The translations under genes were made by a program, and so were the position numbers. Of a DNA stretch of 64,000 bases, positions 19,879 through 30,333 are shown one piece after another. Below the pieces are notes generated by a model. That model saw only the letters and a list, made by a program, of their open reading frames with translations. It was not told where the DNA came from and did no database searches. Each line of letters opens with the position of its first letter. Position 1 is the first letter of the stretch. This stretch comes from an uncultured Alphaproteobacteria bacterium (GTDB lineage Bacteria; Electryoneota; RPQS01), in contig CAZHAK010000002.1 of assembly GCA_964530625.1 (NCBI GenBank), positions 106,756 to 170,755 on the forward strand. The letters run 5' to 3'.

Positions 19879-19913
19879 AGAAGCGCCCGGCGGAGTCTCC
19901 GTCGGGCGCTTCT
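19879..19913 (+). terminator. hairpin after lipoprotein gene
   Basis: AGAAGCGCCCGGCGGAG..CTCCGTCGGGCGCTTCT long stem; weak T-tract. Confidence 0.4.
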
Positions 19914-20078
19914 CTATTCAGGAACCTGACGGCAAGGCAGGGGGTATTATCGTTCGGAGTGGATAAAGGCTTGTTTCTTAGGGGTTCAACCAGTATGTCG
20001 TGTTTAGAATCCAAGAAAGGGTAGCCTCTCATTGTGCGTAAGCAATTGAAATGTAAAGGAGTTGGGGGCAAGAGAGGC

Positions 20079-20107
20079 TTGACAATGGGCCAGTATCTCG
20101 TTATCTT
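20079..20107 (+). promoter_or_regulatory. sigma70-like promoter of hrcA operon (TTGACA-17 nt-TATCTT)
   Basis: Consensus -35; places TSS about 9 nt before hrcA ATG (very short UTR, no SD). Confidence 0.5.
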
Positions 20108-20122
20108 ATTGAATCTCGAATT

Positions 20123-21166
20123 ATGCCCGCCCAGCATCCTATTCCCAAACTGACTGAGCGCGAACGGTTGATCCTTCGCGCGGTAGTACAGCATTTCATC
20201 CTGACAGCTAATCCGGTCGGGTCGCGGCATGTTGCCAAGAAATTCGGAATAGATTTGTCGGCGGCAACGATTCGCAACGTGATGGCCGACTTGGAAGAGA
20301 TGGGGATGCTCAGTCACCCGCACACGTCCGCAGGGAGAATGCCGTCGGATCTGGGTTACAGATTTTATGTGGACGACTTGATGGACTTGGGTGAACTCTC
20401 GAATGAGGACAGAGAGACTATCGAGCGCGACATCGAGGCTGTTCCCGCCGAGCTTGAGTCGGTGTTGGATGCGACGACGCGTGTGCTGTCAACGGCCTCG
20501 CAGCTTTTAGGCATCGTCGTGATACCTGAATTGCAGAAGGCAGTTCTAAGCAGAATTGAACTTGCGCGTTTGAGCGAACGACGAGTACTGGTTGTCATCT
20601 CGCTTGAAGCAGGACCGATGAAATCCATCATGCTTGAACTTGAGCAGGAGATGTCGGAAGACTCCGTGCACAAAGTGACGAAAGCTTTGAATCTGCGGCT
20701 GGCCGGGCTGACCGTGGGCGAGATTCGCGAGCAGATAGCCGAGCGGATGCAAAATATGTCTGATTCTCCGCAGAGTTTGATTCGCTTGTTTGTCGAATCT
20801 ACGGACGAACTGTTTAACTTTACTTCAATCAGCGAGCACGTGAAAATCGGGGGACGCGCTCAGGTAATTCATCAGCCGGAGTTTTCGACGCCCGGCTCGA
20901 TGCGCGGCATTATCGAATTGGTTGAAGATAAAGACATCATCATTCATTTGCTGCAGGGGACGGAAGGCAAGGGACCGATTGCGATTACTATCGGCAGCGA
21001 GAATCCGGACAGCCGGGCGAAAGATTTGTCGGTGATTTCCGCCGATTACAAGACCTCCTCGAGTTCGGGGAAATTAGGGGTGATAGGCCCGACGCGTATG
21101 GACTACTCAAGACTCACGAGTCTTTTAGAGTACACGGCGCGAGTGGTCAGCAAACGACTTTCTTAA
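20123..21166 (+). CDS. hrcA: heat-inducible transcription repressor HrcA
   Basis: N-terminal winged helix (LTERERLILRAVVQHFILTANPVGSR). Confidence 0.85.
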   Translation: MPAQHPIPKLTERERLILRAVVQHFILTANPVGSRHVAKKFGIDLSAATIRNVMADLEEMGMLSHPHTSAGRMPSDLGYRFYVDDLMDLGELSNEDRETIERDIEAVPAELESVLDATTRVLSTASQLLGIVVIPELQKAVLSRIELARLSERRVLVVISLEAGPMKSIMLELEQEMSEDSVHKVTKALNLRLAGLTVGEIREQIAERMQNMSDSPQSLIRLFVESTDELFNFTSISEHVKIGGRAQVIHQPEFSTPGSMRGIIELVEDKDIIIHLLQGTEGKGPIAITIGSENPDSRAKDLSVISADYKTSSSSGKLGVIGPTRMDYSRLTSLLEYTARVVSKRLS

Positions 21167-21167
21167 A

Positions 21168-21746
21168 ATGAACAAAACTGAAGATATGAACGAACGGGAA
21201 GACGAACCGAACGGCGTGATAGAGCAAGAACAAAACGACGCATCATCCAATCAAACTTCTAACGAGCTTGAACAGGCGCGAGCGGAGGCAGCGGAGTGGC
21301 GCGACAAGTATGTCCGCAACTTAGCAGAGTTTGACAACTACCGTAAGCGGATGCGTGCGGAGCTTGAGAACTTGCGTGAAAGCGTGACGGAGAGCGTCTT
21401 GCTGAATCTGCTGGCGGTGTATGATGACATGAATCGCATGTTGGAAGCTCCGGCGACCGATGAGGGCAGCTTGCGTCGCGGCACCGAATTGATACAGCAA
21501 AAGTTCAAGAATTTTCTTGAAGCACGCGGTATTACAAAGATCGAGTGCCGGGGCAAGGAATTCAATCCAGACGAGCACGACGCCCTGATGCTGCAGCCCA
21601 AAGAGGGATTTCCGGCGGGCATTGTCTTGGAAGAAATGACTTCGGGCTACAAACTCGGCGAGCGCGTGATTCGACATGCTCAAGTGATTGTCTCGAGCGA
21701 TCCTTTGAACGATAGTGCGGGTGATGCGAGGGAGCGGCAGAACTAA
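21168..21746 (+). CDS. grpE: nucleotide exchange factor GrpE
   Basis: AEFDNYRKRMRAE..; hrcA-grpE-dnaJ order. Confidence 0.85.
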   Translation: MNKTEDMNEREDEPNGVIEQEQNDASSNQTSNELEQARAEAAEWRDKYVRNLAEFDNYRKRMRAELENLRESVTESVLLNLLAVYDDMNRMLEAPATDEGSLRRGTELIQQKFKNFLEARGITKIECRGKEFNPDEHDALMLQPKEGFPAGIVLEEMTSGYKLGERVIRHAQVIVSSDPLNDSAGDARERQN

Positions 21747-22886
21747 ATGGCGAAGCGGGATTACTATGAAGTTTTGGGCGTAAGTCGCAGCGCATCGCAG
21801 GATGAAATGAAGAAAGCCTATCGCAAACTTGCGATGGAGTTTCACCCGGATCGCAACAAGGGTGATTCGAACGCGGAAGAGAAGTTTAAAGAAGTCGGCG
21901 AAGCCTACGCCGTGCTCTCTGATCAGCAGAAACGCACACAGTATGACAAATTCGGTCATGCCACAGGTTCGGCTGGACAGAGGCCGGGTCAAGGCGGGTT
22001 TGAATATGATCTCTCTGACGCCCTCAGGCAGTTCATGGAAGGCGGAATGTTCGGAGATATGTTCGGACAGCAGCGCGGGCGCGGCGGCTCGACGCGCGTT
22101 CGGGGTAACGATCTTCAATTGAAGCTTGGGCTGACGTTAGAAGAAATTTCTGAAGGTGTGCGCAAGACGATTAAGGTGAAACGCTTTCGTCCTTGTACGA
22201 CGTGCAGCGGCAGCGGCGCCGCAGCAGGCAGCACACCGCAAGAGTGTCCGACGTGCAAGGGTACTGGACAGGTTCGTCAAGTGTCGCGCACGATATTGGG
22301 CCAGTTTGTTAATATCCAGTCGTGCCCGCAATGCCACGGTGAAGGCAGAATTATTAGTTCACCGTGTAAGACGTGCGGCGGCGATGGCCGCGTACGCGAC
22401 GAAAGCACGATACACGTGGATGTACCGGCGGGCGTGGCGAAAGGGCAGTATCTGACCTTGCGCGGTGAGGGTCATAGTGGTCCGCGCAACGGCCCGGCGG
22501 GTGATCTGATTGTGCTGATAGACGAGAAAGAGCACAAGTATTTCGAGCGCGACGGAGACAACATCATTTATAAATTGAGTGTTTCGATTCCGCGGTTGTT
22601 GTTGGGCGGCACAGTGGAAGTGCCGACGCTGTCCGGCCGCGCTCAGTTGAAAATCGAGCCGGGTATCGCGCCTGGAAAACTGCTTCGGATGCGCGGCAAG
22701 GGCTTGCCCTCGCTGAACGGCTACGGACGCGGCGATCAACTGGTGGAGCTTGCGTTGCATGTGCCCAAGAAACTTAGTGCGACTGAACGCGAAATGATCG
22801 AGAAACTCAATCAGAGTGAGAATTTCAAAGTTCAAGCCAACGAGAAAGGTTTCTTTGAACGAGTCAAGGATGCATTCGGACAATGA
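21747..22886 (+). CDS. dnaJ: molecular chaperone DnaJ
   Basis: J-domain HPD, G/F region, four CxxCxGxG repeats. Confidence 0.9.
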   Translation: MAKRDYYEVLGVSRSASQDEMKKAYRKLAMEFHPDRNKGDSNAEEKFKEVGEAYAVLSDQQKRTQYDKFGHATGSAGQRPGQGGFEYDLSDALRQFMEGGMFGDMFGQQRGRGGSTRVRGNDLQLKLGLTLEEISEGVRKTIKVKRFRPCTTCSGSGAAAGSTPQECPTCKGTGQVRQVSRTILGQFVNIQSCPQCHGEGRIISSPCKTCGGDGRVRDESTIHVDVPAGVAKGQYLTLRGEGHSGPRNGPAGDLIVLIDEKEHKYFERDGDNIIYKLSVSIPRLLLGGTVEVPTLSGRAQLKIEPGIAPGKLLRMRGKGLPSLNGYGRGDQLVELALHVPKKLSATEREMIEKLNQSENFKVQANEKGFFERVKDAFGQ

Positions 22887-23281
22887 TTTGGAGATTTGAT
22901 TTCAGTCGCCGCGCTTTGGCTTGGCTGCTGGGATTGAGTTTTGTCGCAGGCACGGGTTTGGAGCTGCGCGAACAATGGACAGGCAAGAGTGTAACGCCCG
23001 GATCGCGCATTGTATCTTTGGGAATTGATCCGGAGTTGGCTCGTGTGGCGGATTCGCTGCACCGCGTTCGCGCTGAAGAATTGAAACGACCGATCAACGT
23101 GAACGCGGCGACAGCAATGGAGCTTGAGCGGTTGCCGGGCATCGGGCCAGTGTTGGCGGCGCGGATTATTGAGGAGCGGGAAGAGAACGGATTGTTTTCA
23201 TCTGCGGATGACTTGGAGCGAGTGTCGGGGATTGGTCCGAAGAAAGTTGCTGCGATGCGCGATCGCGTTGTGGTGAACTAG
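22883..23281 (+). CDS. comEA: ComEA-like helix-hairpin-helix DNA-binding protein
   Basis: Tandem HhH ([21 protein letters not shown]), N-terminal TM. Confidence 0.7.
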   Translation: MIWRFDFSRRALAWLLGLSFVAGTGLELREQWTGKSVTPGSRIVSLGIDPELARVADSLHRVRAEELKRPINVNAATAMELERLPGIGPVLAARIIEEREENGLFSSADDLERVSGIGPKKVAAMRDRVVVN

Positions 23282-23330
23282 GCGAGTGTGACGCCGTCAT
23301 AACAGACGGTTTTGAGATAAGGAGAGACAT

Positions 23331-23870
23331 ATGGCTGTGCGAATGTCGTCTGGATTGCGACGCGGCAAGATGCAGGTTGAAATGCGTCCGACATCTGCGC
23401 GGACGTTGGAATCGGTCTTTGACATGCTTCACGCCGATATCCCGGACAAGCGGGTACTGGATTTGTACGCGGGGATTGGATCTTATGGTGTGCTCGCGTT
23501 ACGGCGAGGCGCAGACGTTGCGGTATTCGTGGATAAATCGCGCGAAGCGGAGAAGCGGATGAGGCGTTCGCTCGCGCAGTATCACTTGGAAGATCGCTCG
23601 GTAGTGCATTGCGAAGACGTCACGCGCTTCCTCCATACGGCGGGTCGATTCACGGAACCTTTCAATATTATTTTTGCCGATCCTCCGTATGAGAAAGTGG
23701 TTCCGTTGGAGTTGCTTGAGAGTATAATGGAATCTAAACTGCTTGCGCCTCAGGGAATTTTGGTGTTCGAGCATTCCAAACGTCAGGCACCGCCGGATGT
23801 GGTGGGATTAAAGCTGCGCAAGTCGCGTGTGTTCGGTGATACGACGGTAAGTATTTGGGACGCGGTTTAG
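23331..23870 (+). CDS. rsmD: 16S rRNA (guanine966-N2)-methyltransferase
   Basis: VLDLYAGIGSYG SAM motif, DPPY. Confidence 0.75.
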   Translation: MAVRMSSGLRRGKMQVEMRPTSARTLESVFDMLHADIPDKRVLDLYAGIGSYGVLALRRGADVAVFVDKSREAEKRMRRSLAQYHLEDRSVVHCEDVTRFLHTAGRFTEPFNIIFADPPYEKVVPLELLESIMESKLLAPQGILVFEHSKRQAPPDVVGLKLRKSRVFGDTTVSIWDAV

Positions 23871-24316
23871 TGAACGAATTGACTCACCGCGTTGCGGTGG
23901 CAGCATATATTTTTCACGACGACAGATTGTTGCTGTTGAAACGAATTTCACCGCCGCAGACTTTTGCGCCGCCGGGAGGGCGGCTTGCAATCGGGGAAGA
24001 CCCCATGATCGGTGTGCTTCGCGAAGTGAAAGAAGAGACGGGCTTGACTCCGGAAATCATCGGTATCGCGAATGCGTGGTATGGGGTTTATACAGAAGGG
24101 ACGTCGCCACTTTTGTGCATTAACTATCTCGCGACCTCAGACCGCGATGAACCAAGTCTAAGTGAAGAGCATTCGGATTTTGTCTGGGCGACGCGAACGA
24201 GTTTAGAGCGTGGACAAGTGCCGACGCAGGACGCGCGTGGACACGGCTACAGAGTAGACCGTATGCTCGATGCATTTGACCGGTACGATGCATGGGCAAC
24301 GATCGCGAAGCGTTGA
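23855..24316 (+). CDS. NUDIX hydrolase
   Basis: Nudix box GGRLAIGEDPMIGVLREVKEETGL. Confidence 0.7.
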   Translation: MGRGLVNELTHRVAVAAYIFHDDRLLLLKRISPPQTFAPPGGRLAIGEDPMIGVLREVKEETGLTPEIIGIANAWYGVYTEGTSPLLCINYLATSDRDEPSLSEEHSDFVWATRTSLERGQVPTQDARGHGYRVDRMLDAFDRYDAWATIAKR

Positions 24317-25089
24317 AACGCGAACTGTTCGCGGCTCTGGCAAGCGATTCGGGAAGCTATTCGACTCCAGACGGGCGCATCATGTCGCATCACGAGATCC
24401 GCGAGTTATTGCAAGAGTGGATTCCCACGGGTGTTTTCGTTAAGCGGAGATGCGATCGTACGCCCTCCGTTGTTGTTGCGGCTCCGCATGTCAGTTTTGA
24501 CAACTGGACAGAATACTATGCCAATCGCGTCGCGCATGATTTGAATTGCGGCGAAGTGTTGGCGAAGAATTTTCGTGATGAAGACGGCGGGCAAATTCCA
24601 GTTTCGATTGGCCGCCACATTCATGTCAATCGACCGACCGAGTCGAAGCGTCGCGGCGAGGCGGAAGGCGTGACACCCCGAGCGCAAGCAGTTTTTCTAC
24701 AATATCGTGAGGCGCTTGCCGAAGCAGGGGGACAGCAACCTTTGGACTTGCTAATAGAATTGCATGGCCATCGCCGAAACCTGCGTTTGGAAGTCGCGAC
24801 AGTCGGAATCAACCAAAATGTCGCGGCAGAACTCAAAGATGCTTATCAGAATCTTGCGACGGGCAACGCGGCTTTGCCGCACCTGTATATCGAACCCCTT
24901 GACAAACTCCGGTTTTCCGCGAGGCGCGCAAAGCAAAACGGGTCGTTAACGAGCGGTGTCTGCCGAGCCGGATTGCACATCGAGATTCCCCGCTTCTGCC
25001 GCGAGAATGAAACCGCACGCAGGTCGTTTCGCCCGATCCTGTCCACCTGGTTATTGGCTTGCATAGAGACGCAGGCCACACGAACGTGA
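24292..25089 (+). CDS. hypothetical protein (possible zinc amidohydrolase-like)
   Basis: ORF only. HxD and HGH motifs are suggestive but not diagnostic. Confidence 0.4.
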   Translation: MGNDREALKRELFAALASDSGSYSTPDGRIMSHHEIRELLQEWIPTGVFVKRRCDRTPSVVVAAPHVSFDNWTEYYANRVAHDLNCGEVLAKNFRDEDGGQIPVSIGRHIHVNRPTESKRRGEAEGVTPRAQAVFLQYREALAEAGGQQPLDLLIELHGHRRNLRLEVATVGINQNVAAELKDAYQNLATGNAALPHLYIEPLDKLRFSARRAKQNGSLTSGVCRAGLHIEIPRFCRENETARRSFRPILSTWLLACIETQATRT

Positions 25090-25111
25090 CACATACACAA
25101 GAAAATCGCAT

Positions 25112-26416
25112 TTGATTTCTTCGCAATTCCTGCCATTGTTATCCGCGGGTGGTCATGGTGATCCGCCGTCGCTCCTGTGGGCAATTCCGTTTGCACTCAT
25201 TCTAATACAGATCGCGGTTTGGCCGCTGATCAATGAAAAATTTTGGGGAAAGTACTACCCGTGGTTGACCGTCCCACTTGGACTGGTGGTTTCGGCCTAT
25301 TACCTTTTTGGCCGCGACGCGGGAACGCAACTTTTTCACGTTGGGCACGAATATTTTTCATTTATCGCTCTGATTGGATCGCTGTACGTTGTTTCCGGTG
25401 GTATCTTGGTGGCGATGGTGGGGCGGTTGACGCCGCGCCATAATCTGATCATCCTCGCGATCGGGGCGGTCTTGGCTAACTTTGTGGGGACGACAGGCGC
25501 GTCCATGATATTGATCAGGCCGTATATGCGCGGCAACGCGTGGCGGTTTAACAAGTATCACGTCGTCTTTTTTATTTTTATCGTTTCCAATTGCGGCGGT
25601 GCGCTGACTCCGATTGGAGATCCTCCTCTGTTTCTGGGATACTTGCGTGGTGTTCCGTTCTTTTGGGTGTTAGGAGCGCTATGGTATAAGTGGCTGATTG
25701 GCGTTGCGATTCTGCTGATCACCTTTTATTTTGTGGACCGCCGTGAGTTTATTCACCACTCAAAACGCGAGCAGGAAGTCGCGCAGCTTGTGGATCAATA
25801 CCAGGTACGCGGGTTGATAAACCTTCCGTTTTTGGCGATGATTATCGGCGCGGCATTCGTGCAATCGCCGATGTTTCTGCGCGAAGGGTTAATGATTGCT
25901 GCGGCGGTTGGCTCATACTACTTGACACCAAAAGAAATTCACGAGCGCAACAATTTCAACTGGCATCCTGTGCAAGAAGTCGCGCTGTTGTTCTTGGGAA
26001 TTTTTGCGGCGATGATGCCCGCCTTGGATTGGCTCGCGGCTAATGCCTCAAGTTTAGGAATTCAATCAACCACACAATTCTATTGGTTGACAGGAAGTTT
26101 ATCGGCAGTATTGGATAATGCGCCGACGTACTTGAACTTTTTAACAACGGCGATGGGTCTCCATGGAGCGGACGTCGGCTCGAAGGCTGCGGTCCTGAAG
26201 TTTGCGATGGAGCATCCCGATCTCTTGCGGACAATTTCTATCGCGGCGGTATTTTTCGGCGCGATGACTTACATTGGAAACGGGCCGAACTTCATGGTGA
26301 AAGCCATTGTGGAACACGAGAAGCTACCGGCGCCGTCATTTATTGAATACGTTTGGCGGTACTCGATTCCGTATCTTGCTCCGGTGTTGATCGTCACATG
26401 GCTGTTGGTAAAGTGA
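25112..26416 (+). CDS. ArsB/NhaD/CitMHS-superfamily permease (putative Na+/H+ antiporter)
   Basis: About 12 TM helices, GDPPLFLG motif. Confidence 0.55.
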   Translation: MISSQFLPLLSAGGHGDPPSLLWAIPFALILIQIAVWPLINEKFWGKYYPWLTVPLGLVVSAYYLFGRDAGTQLFHVGHEYFSFIALIGSLYVVSGGILVAMVGRLTPRHNLIILAIGAVLANFVGTTGASMILIRPYMRGNAWRFNKYHVVFFIFIVSNCGGALTPIGDPPLFLGYLRGVPFFWVLGALWYKWLIGVAILLITFYFVDRREFIHHSKREQEVAQLVDQYQVRGLINLPFLAMIIGAAFVQSPMFLREGLMIAAAVGSYYLTPKEIHERNNFNWHPVQEVALLFLGIFAAMMPALDWLAANASSLGIQSTTQFYWLTGSLSAVLDNAPTYLNFLTTAMGLHGADVGSKAAVLKFAMEHPDLLRTISIAAVFFGAMTYIGNGPNFMVKAIVEHEKLPAPSFIEYVWRYSIPYLAPVLIVTWLLVK

Positions 26417-26982
26417 TTCAACTTACGCTTGCTTTCGTGGCTCTGACTGCTGTGGGTTGCGAGTTGTTTCAAACACGCTCGCCGGAAGATCCAGACGGCG
26501 CGCGCGGAAGTTGGGACATTCCGCTTGCTCCTGAAGACGTGCTGACGAATTTATCATTGGCGATGTTCGAGCGAAACTCAGCTAACTATTTACGTTCCTT
26601 TCCCTCAGACAGTTTTGAGTTTATCGCAGACCCGAGTGTGGTACAGCAGAATCCGGGTCTTGCGGAGTGGGACATTGACGATGAGCGGGCGCACATCAAC
26701 AGTTTGTTTGGCGAGGGAGTTCTGCCACGCGACAGCATCGCGTTTGTAGTGTTTTCTGCGGTTGAGCAGACGTTGTTGGGGGACACGGCCAATGTCACGG
26801 CGCGCTATGAATTGACGGCGCAGGTAGCTATCGCCGGCGCACCGGGACAGATGGCGGGTGAAGCGCAGTTCTCGCTGATCATCGGGAACCAAGGCTACTG
26901 GGAGATTCGCAGATGGAGCGATCGTCGCACAGAAGAGTTAGCCTCATGGAGCGATCTAAAAGCGCTCGTGCAATCGCGGTAG
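26398..26982 (+). CDS. hypothetical lipoprotein
   Basis: Start at MAVGKVIQLTLAFVALTAVGC; ORF extends upstream to 26353. Confidence 0.45.
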   Translation: MAVGKVIQLTLAFVALTAVGCELFQTRSPEDPDGARGSWDIPLAPEDVLTNLSLAMFERNSANYLRSFPSDSFEFIADPSVVQQNPGLAEWDIDDERAHINSLFGEGVLPRDSIAFVVFSAVEQTLLGDTANVTARYELTAQVAIAGAPGQMAGEAQFSLIIGNQGYWEIRRWSDRRTEELASWSDLKALVQSR

Positions 26983-27446
26983 CTTGTTCCGCGCTGTTGG
27001 TGTCGTGCACGAATCCGTTTGCGCCGACGCTGCGCGGTGACGCAGGCACGATTTGGTCTGACGCGCAAACGGTTGGCGGGTTGTTGGATAACTTCGTGAC
27101 GTCGTATGAGTTGAGAGACTCTTTGCGTTATGCGGAGTTGCTTGACGAATCGTTTCAGTTCAGTTACTACGACATCGACTTGCAGCGGCAGGACGGCTGG
27201 CTGCGAGAGACGGACTTGCGCACGACGGCCCGGCTGTTCCGGGTCTATGACCGTATATCTTTGATTTGGGCGGGGATTTCGACAGAGACTTTGGCTCTTT
27301 CGGCATCGGACAGTCTGATCGAGTTTCACGCTCAGTATCAGCTTATCATAGATAACTTAAATCCGTTAATCGGACTTGCTCGTTTTACAGTCTACAAGCC
27401 TGCCGAGGATCGTTTTCGAATCTTGTATTGGCAGGATGATTTTTAG
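26946..27446 (+). CDS. hypothetical lipoprotein (paralog of upstream gene)
   Basis: Lipobox LLVSC; similar motif order to 26398 gene. Confidence 0.45.
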   Translation: MERSKSARAIAVACSALLVSCTNPFAPTLRGDAGTIWSDAQTVGGLLDNFVTSYELRDSLRYAELLDESFQFSYYDIDLQRQDGWLRETDLRTTARLFRVYDRISLIWAGISTETLALSASDSLIEFHAQYQLIIDNLNPLIGLARFTVYKPAEDRFRILYWQDDF

Positions 27447-27469
27447 AACTTATTAAAGAGAGGGACCTC

Positions 27470-28657
27470 GTGTTATCGTCTCGAGTCTCGCGCCTTTCCA
27501 TTTCACAAACTCTGGCCATTGTAGAAAAGGTACGGGAACTTCAAAAGCAGGGCATGACTGTCTATGACATGTCGGTGGGCGAACCGGATCACCCGTCACC
27601 GCCGGAAGTCAAAGAAGCCGGACGTCAAGCAATTAGTGATGATTTTACGCGTTACACCGCCGCCGCAGGGATTATTGAACTACGGCAAGCGATTGTCGAA
27701 AAGCTGAAGCGCGATAACAATTTAGAGTACACGCCGAAGCAGATTGTCGTCGGGAATGGCGCCAAACACATTCTGTCGGGCACGCTGCTCGCGCTGGTCG
27801 ATCCGGGTGATGAAGTGATCGTTCCCGAACCGTGCTGGCTGTCTTATCCAGAGATGATTTGGCTGGCGGGAGGCGAGGTGATATTCGCGCCGACCAAAGT
27901 TGAAGACGGATTTCATTTGCGCGCGGAAGTTCTGGAGCGGCTGATATCGCCGCGTACAAAAGCAGTACTGTTGAACAGTCCGTGTAATCCGACCGGATCG
28001 GTGATGTCTAAGAAAGATATGGACGAGATTGCGGAGGTGTTAAAGCGGCATCGCGCCTATATTATTTCTGATGAGATTTACGAGTACCTGCGGTTTGACG
28101 GGCGTGAGCATTATAGTTTCGCCCAGTATCCGTGGCTGAGTGATCGCACGATTGTCGTAAACGGCGTCTCGAAAAGTTACTCGATGACGGGCTGGCGCAT
28201 CGGTTACGGAGCGGGGCCATCGGAAGTTATGGATGCCGTGCTGAAAATTCAGAGTCAGATGACCTCGTCTGCATGTTCGATATCGCAGAAGGCTGCGCTG
28301 GCCGGACTGAAGGCAGGACTCGGATATCCACAGAAGATGTGCGCGGACTTTGCGCGCCGTCGGGATATTTGTTATGACGGATTGAAGAATATTCCCGGCG
28401 TGAATGTTCCAAAACCTGAAGGCGCGTTCTACGCTTTCCCGCAGATTCCGTCAGTGATGACGGGATCGGTGAACGGCAAGCCGCTCAAGGATTCGAGTGG
28501 TCTTGTAAACTATCTTTTGGAAGAATATCACGTTGCGGCAGTGCCGGGCGGCGCGTTTCGCGCGCCTGATTGCATTCGCATATCGTTCGCGTCGTCGGAT
28601 GACGCTGTGCGGGAAGCCGTGAAGAGAATCGCCTCCGCTGTCACGGATATCAAGTAA
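27470..28657 (+). CDS. class I PLP-dependent aminotransferase (aspartate aminotransferase-like)
   Basis: NSPCNPTG, SKSYSMTGWRIGY lysine motif. Confidence 0.8.
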   Translation: MLSSRVSRLSISQTLAIVEKVRELQKQGMTVYDMSVGEPDHPSPPEVKEAGRQAISDDFTRYTAAAGIIELRQAIVEKLKRDNNLEYTPKQIVVGNGAKHILSGTLLALVDPGDEVIVPEPCWLSYPEMIWLAGGEVIFAPTKVEDGFHLRAEVLERLISPRTKAVLLNSPCNPTGSVMSKKDMDEIAEVLKRHRAYIISDEIYEYLRFDGREHYSFAQYPWLSDRTIVVNGVSKSYSMTGWRIGYGAGPSEVMDAVLKIQSQMTSSACSISQKAALAGLKAGLGYPQKMCADFARRRDICYDGLKNIPGVNVPKPEGAFYAFPQIPSVMTGSVNGKPLKDSSGLVNYLLEEYHVAAVPGGAFRAPDCIRISFASSDDAVREAVKRIASAVTDIK

Positions 28658-28674
28658 CGAAAACAGAATCGGAC

Positions 28675-28989
28675 ATGCCCACTTACGAGCACATCTGTCA
28701 GAACGGTCACGAGTTTGAAGAATTCCAGAGCATGGTCGCTCCTCCGATTGAGGTGTGCCCGGTTTGCGGCGCGCCTGCGGAGCGCAAAATATCCGGTGGA
28801 TCCGGATTGATTTTTAAAGGGTCTGGATTTTATATCACTGACTATGCGAAGAAGAAGACCAGCGGCACCCCGAAGTCTGAGTCTTCGGGAGCATCGGGAA
28901 CTTCTGAATCATCGGGATCGTCCGCTTCGTCAGATTTATCCAGCAGTTCACCAAGCACCAAGCCTACGTCCACGGACAGCAAGTCGTGA
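28675..28989 (+). CDS. FmdB-family zinc-ribbon protein with Ser-rich C-terminal tail
   Basis: CQNGHEFE...CPVCG four-Cys ribbon; tail SGASGTSESSGSSASSDLSSSS. Confidence 0.7.
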   Translation: MPTYEHICQNGHEFEEFQSMVAPPIEVCPVCGAPAERKISGGSGLIFKGSGFYITDYAKKKTSGTPKSESSGASGTSESSGSSASSDLSSSSPSTKPTSTDSKS

Positions 28990-30308
28990 TTTTGTTTGAC
29001 CGCTACAGCAAACTCAAGAAGCAGGCTCCGGGCACGACGGTGCATACGGGGCAGAAGCAACTGTTGCCACTACTGAAGGGGTCTTTGCAAAAGCATGATT
29101 TGCCGGAGTTGGTGGTTGAACCTTCGAACGTCGAAGAGCTTCAGACGATGCTCAGGTTTGCAGCGGACAAGGATATGCGTGTCGCGGTCGGGTCAGGACA
29201 ATCTCCGGTCGCGGTACAAGAGCTTGCGGGCGCGATGCTGATTTTAACGCACAGGTTGTGCGGGCAATCGCTTCTGACGAATGACGGTACCGGATTGTGG
29301 GTTTCATCGGGAACACCATTAGAAACAGTTGCCCTAGAACTTGCTCAGCGCGGTCTAGTGTGGCTGCCACTTCATCCGATTGAACCGGGTGAAACTATGG
29401 GAACATTGTTCGCGCGCGCGATTGAAGGCGTACGTTGTCATAGAGGCGGTGGAGTCCTGTCAAACATTCGTCGCATTGAATGGGTTGGATTAAACGGGGA
29501 GCGTTATGCAACTGGGCCGGGAATCGGCGGCGACAATCTGGATTTGTCTGCACTGATGTTCGGCTCGGGTGCCCGGTACGGTGTGACGACCCGGTTTGAA
29601 CTGGCGTTGGAAACCGCGCCGGAAACGCGTACACTGCTCTTATGCGAATGCCCATCAATTGAAGAACTGAGTCAACTTCATCAAAGTTGGAGTCACGGGT
29701 TGCCCGTGCCGAGTGCGCTGCCATTTTGGACGCGCACGGCCACAAACGGACTGCGGCAGGGTAATGACGATTTGGTGTCGGACAATGCGGTGGCATTGCT
29801 GGCTTGCGAATGGGAAGGCAATATCGGACTAAACCCGCCAAAGGAGTTGGTACATCAGCGCGTAGAAGGAATGTCAGCCGTAAGTCAAATGTGGCAGAAT
29901 CTATTTCGTCTGCCGCGGACGTTAAACAGGCTGTTTGAGCATAAGAGTTGCGGTCGCTTTAGATTGCCTGCCGAAGGGTTGTGCGATTTTGAAGATCGCG
30001 TGGTTGAACTTGCGCGTGACCGCAGCTTAGACGTAGCCGTTTGGGGCACTCTCGACTCCGGGCACATCAAGGTTTGGGTGTTGCATCCTGATGCTGAAGC
30101 GCGGACTTCGCGTCGCGCGGCGGAGTTATTGGAGAGGTTGTCGGAAGATTGTCTGAATTTGGCGGGTTGTCCGATAGAAACAGCGGCGGGGATGGTTGAT
30201 CTTTCGTTGTATCGGGACGCGGTGACGCAAGGTTGGGAAGTTACTATGACGAACAAGTGCGATCCTTCGTCACGCTACAAACCGTTACGCACTCAGACCA
30301 ACGGCTAA
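28986..30308 (+). CDS. FAD-binding PCMH-type domain protein (GlcE-like) with degenerate FAD motif
   Basis: FAD_binding_4-like N-terminal region, but GSGQS replaces GGGTS. ATGA overlap with fmdB-like gene. Confidence 0.45.
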   Translation: MILFDRYSKLKKQAPGTTVHTGQKQLLPLLKGSLQKHDLPELVVEPSNVEELQTMLRFAADKDMRVAVGSGQSPVAVQELAGAMLILTHRLCGQSLLTNDGTGLWVSSGTPLETVALELAQRGLVWLPLHPIEPGETMGTLFARAIEGVRCHRGGGVLSNIRRIEWVGLNGERYATGPGIGGDNLDLSALMFGSGARYGVTTRFELALETAPETRTLLLCECPSIEELSQLHQSWSHGLPVPSALPFWTRTATNGLRQGNDDLVSDNAVALLACEWEGNIGLNPPKELVHQRVEGMSAVSQMWQNLFRLPRTLNRLFEHKSCGRFRLPAEGLCDFEDRVVELARDRSLDVAVWGTLDSGHIKVWVLHPDAEARTSRRAAELLERLSEDCLNLAGCPIETAAGMVDLSLYRDAVTQGWEVTMTNKCDPSSRYKPLRTQTNG

Positions 30309-30333
30309 AATATTTGTTTTGTTGTTAAACGAA

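Noticed and set aside
20023-20122. CIRCE element upstream of hrcA
   Set aside because: No match to TTAGCACTC-N9-GAGTGCTAA within the upstream region; only an unrelated 8-bp inverted repeat is present (reported as a low-interest finding).
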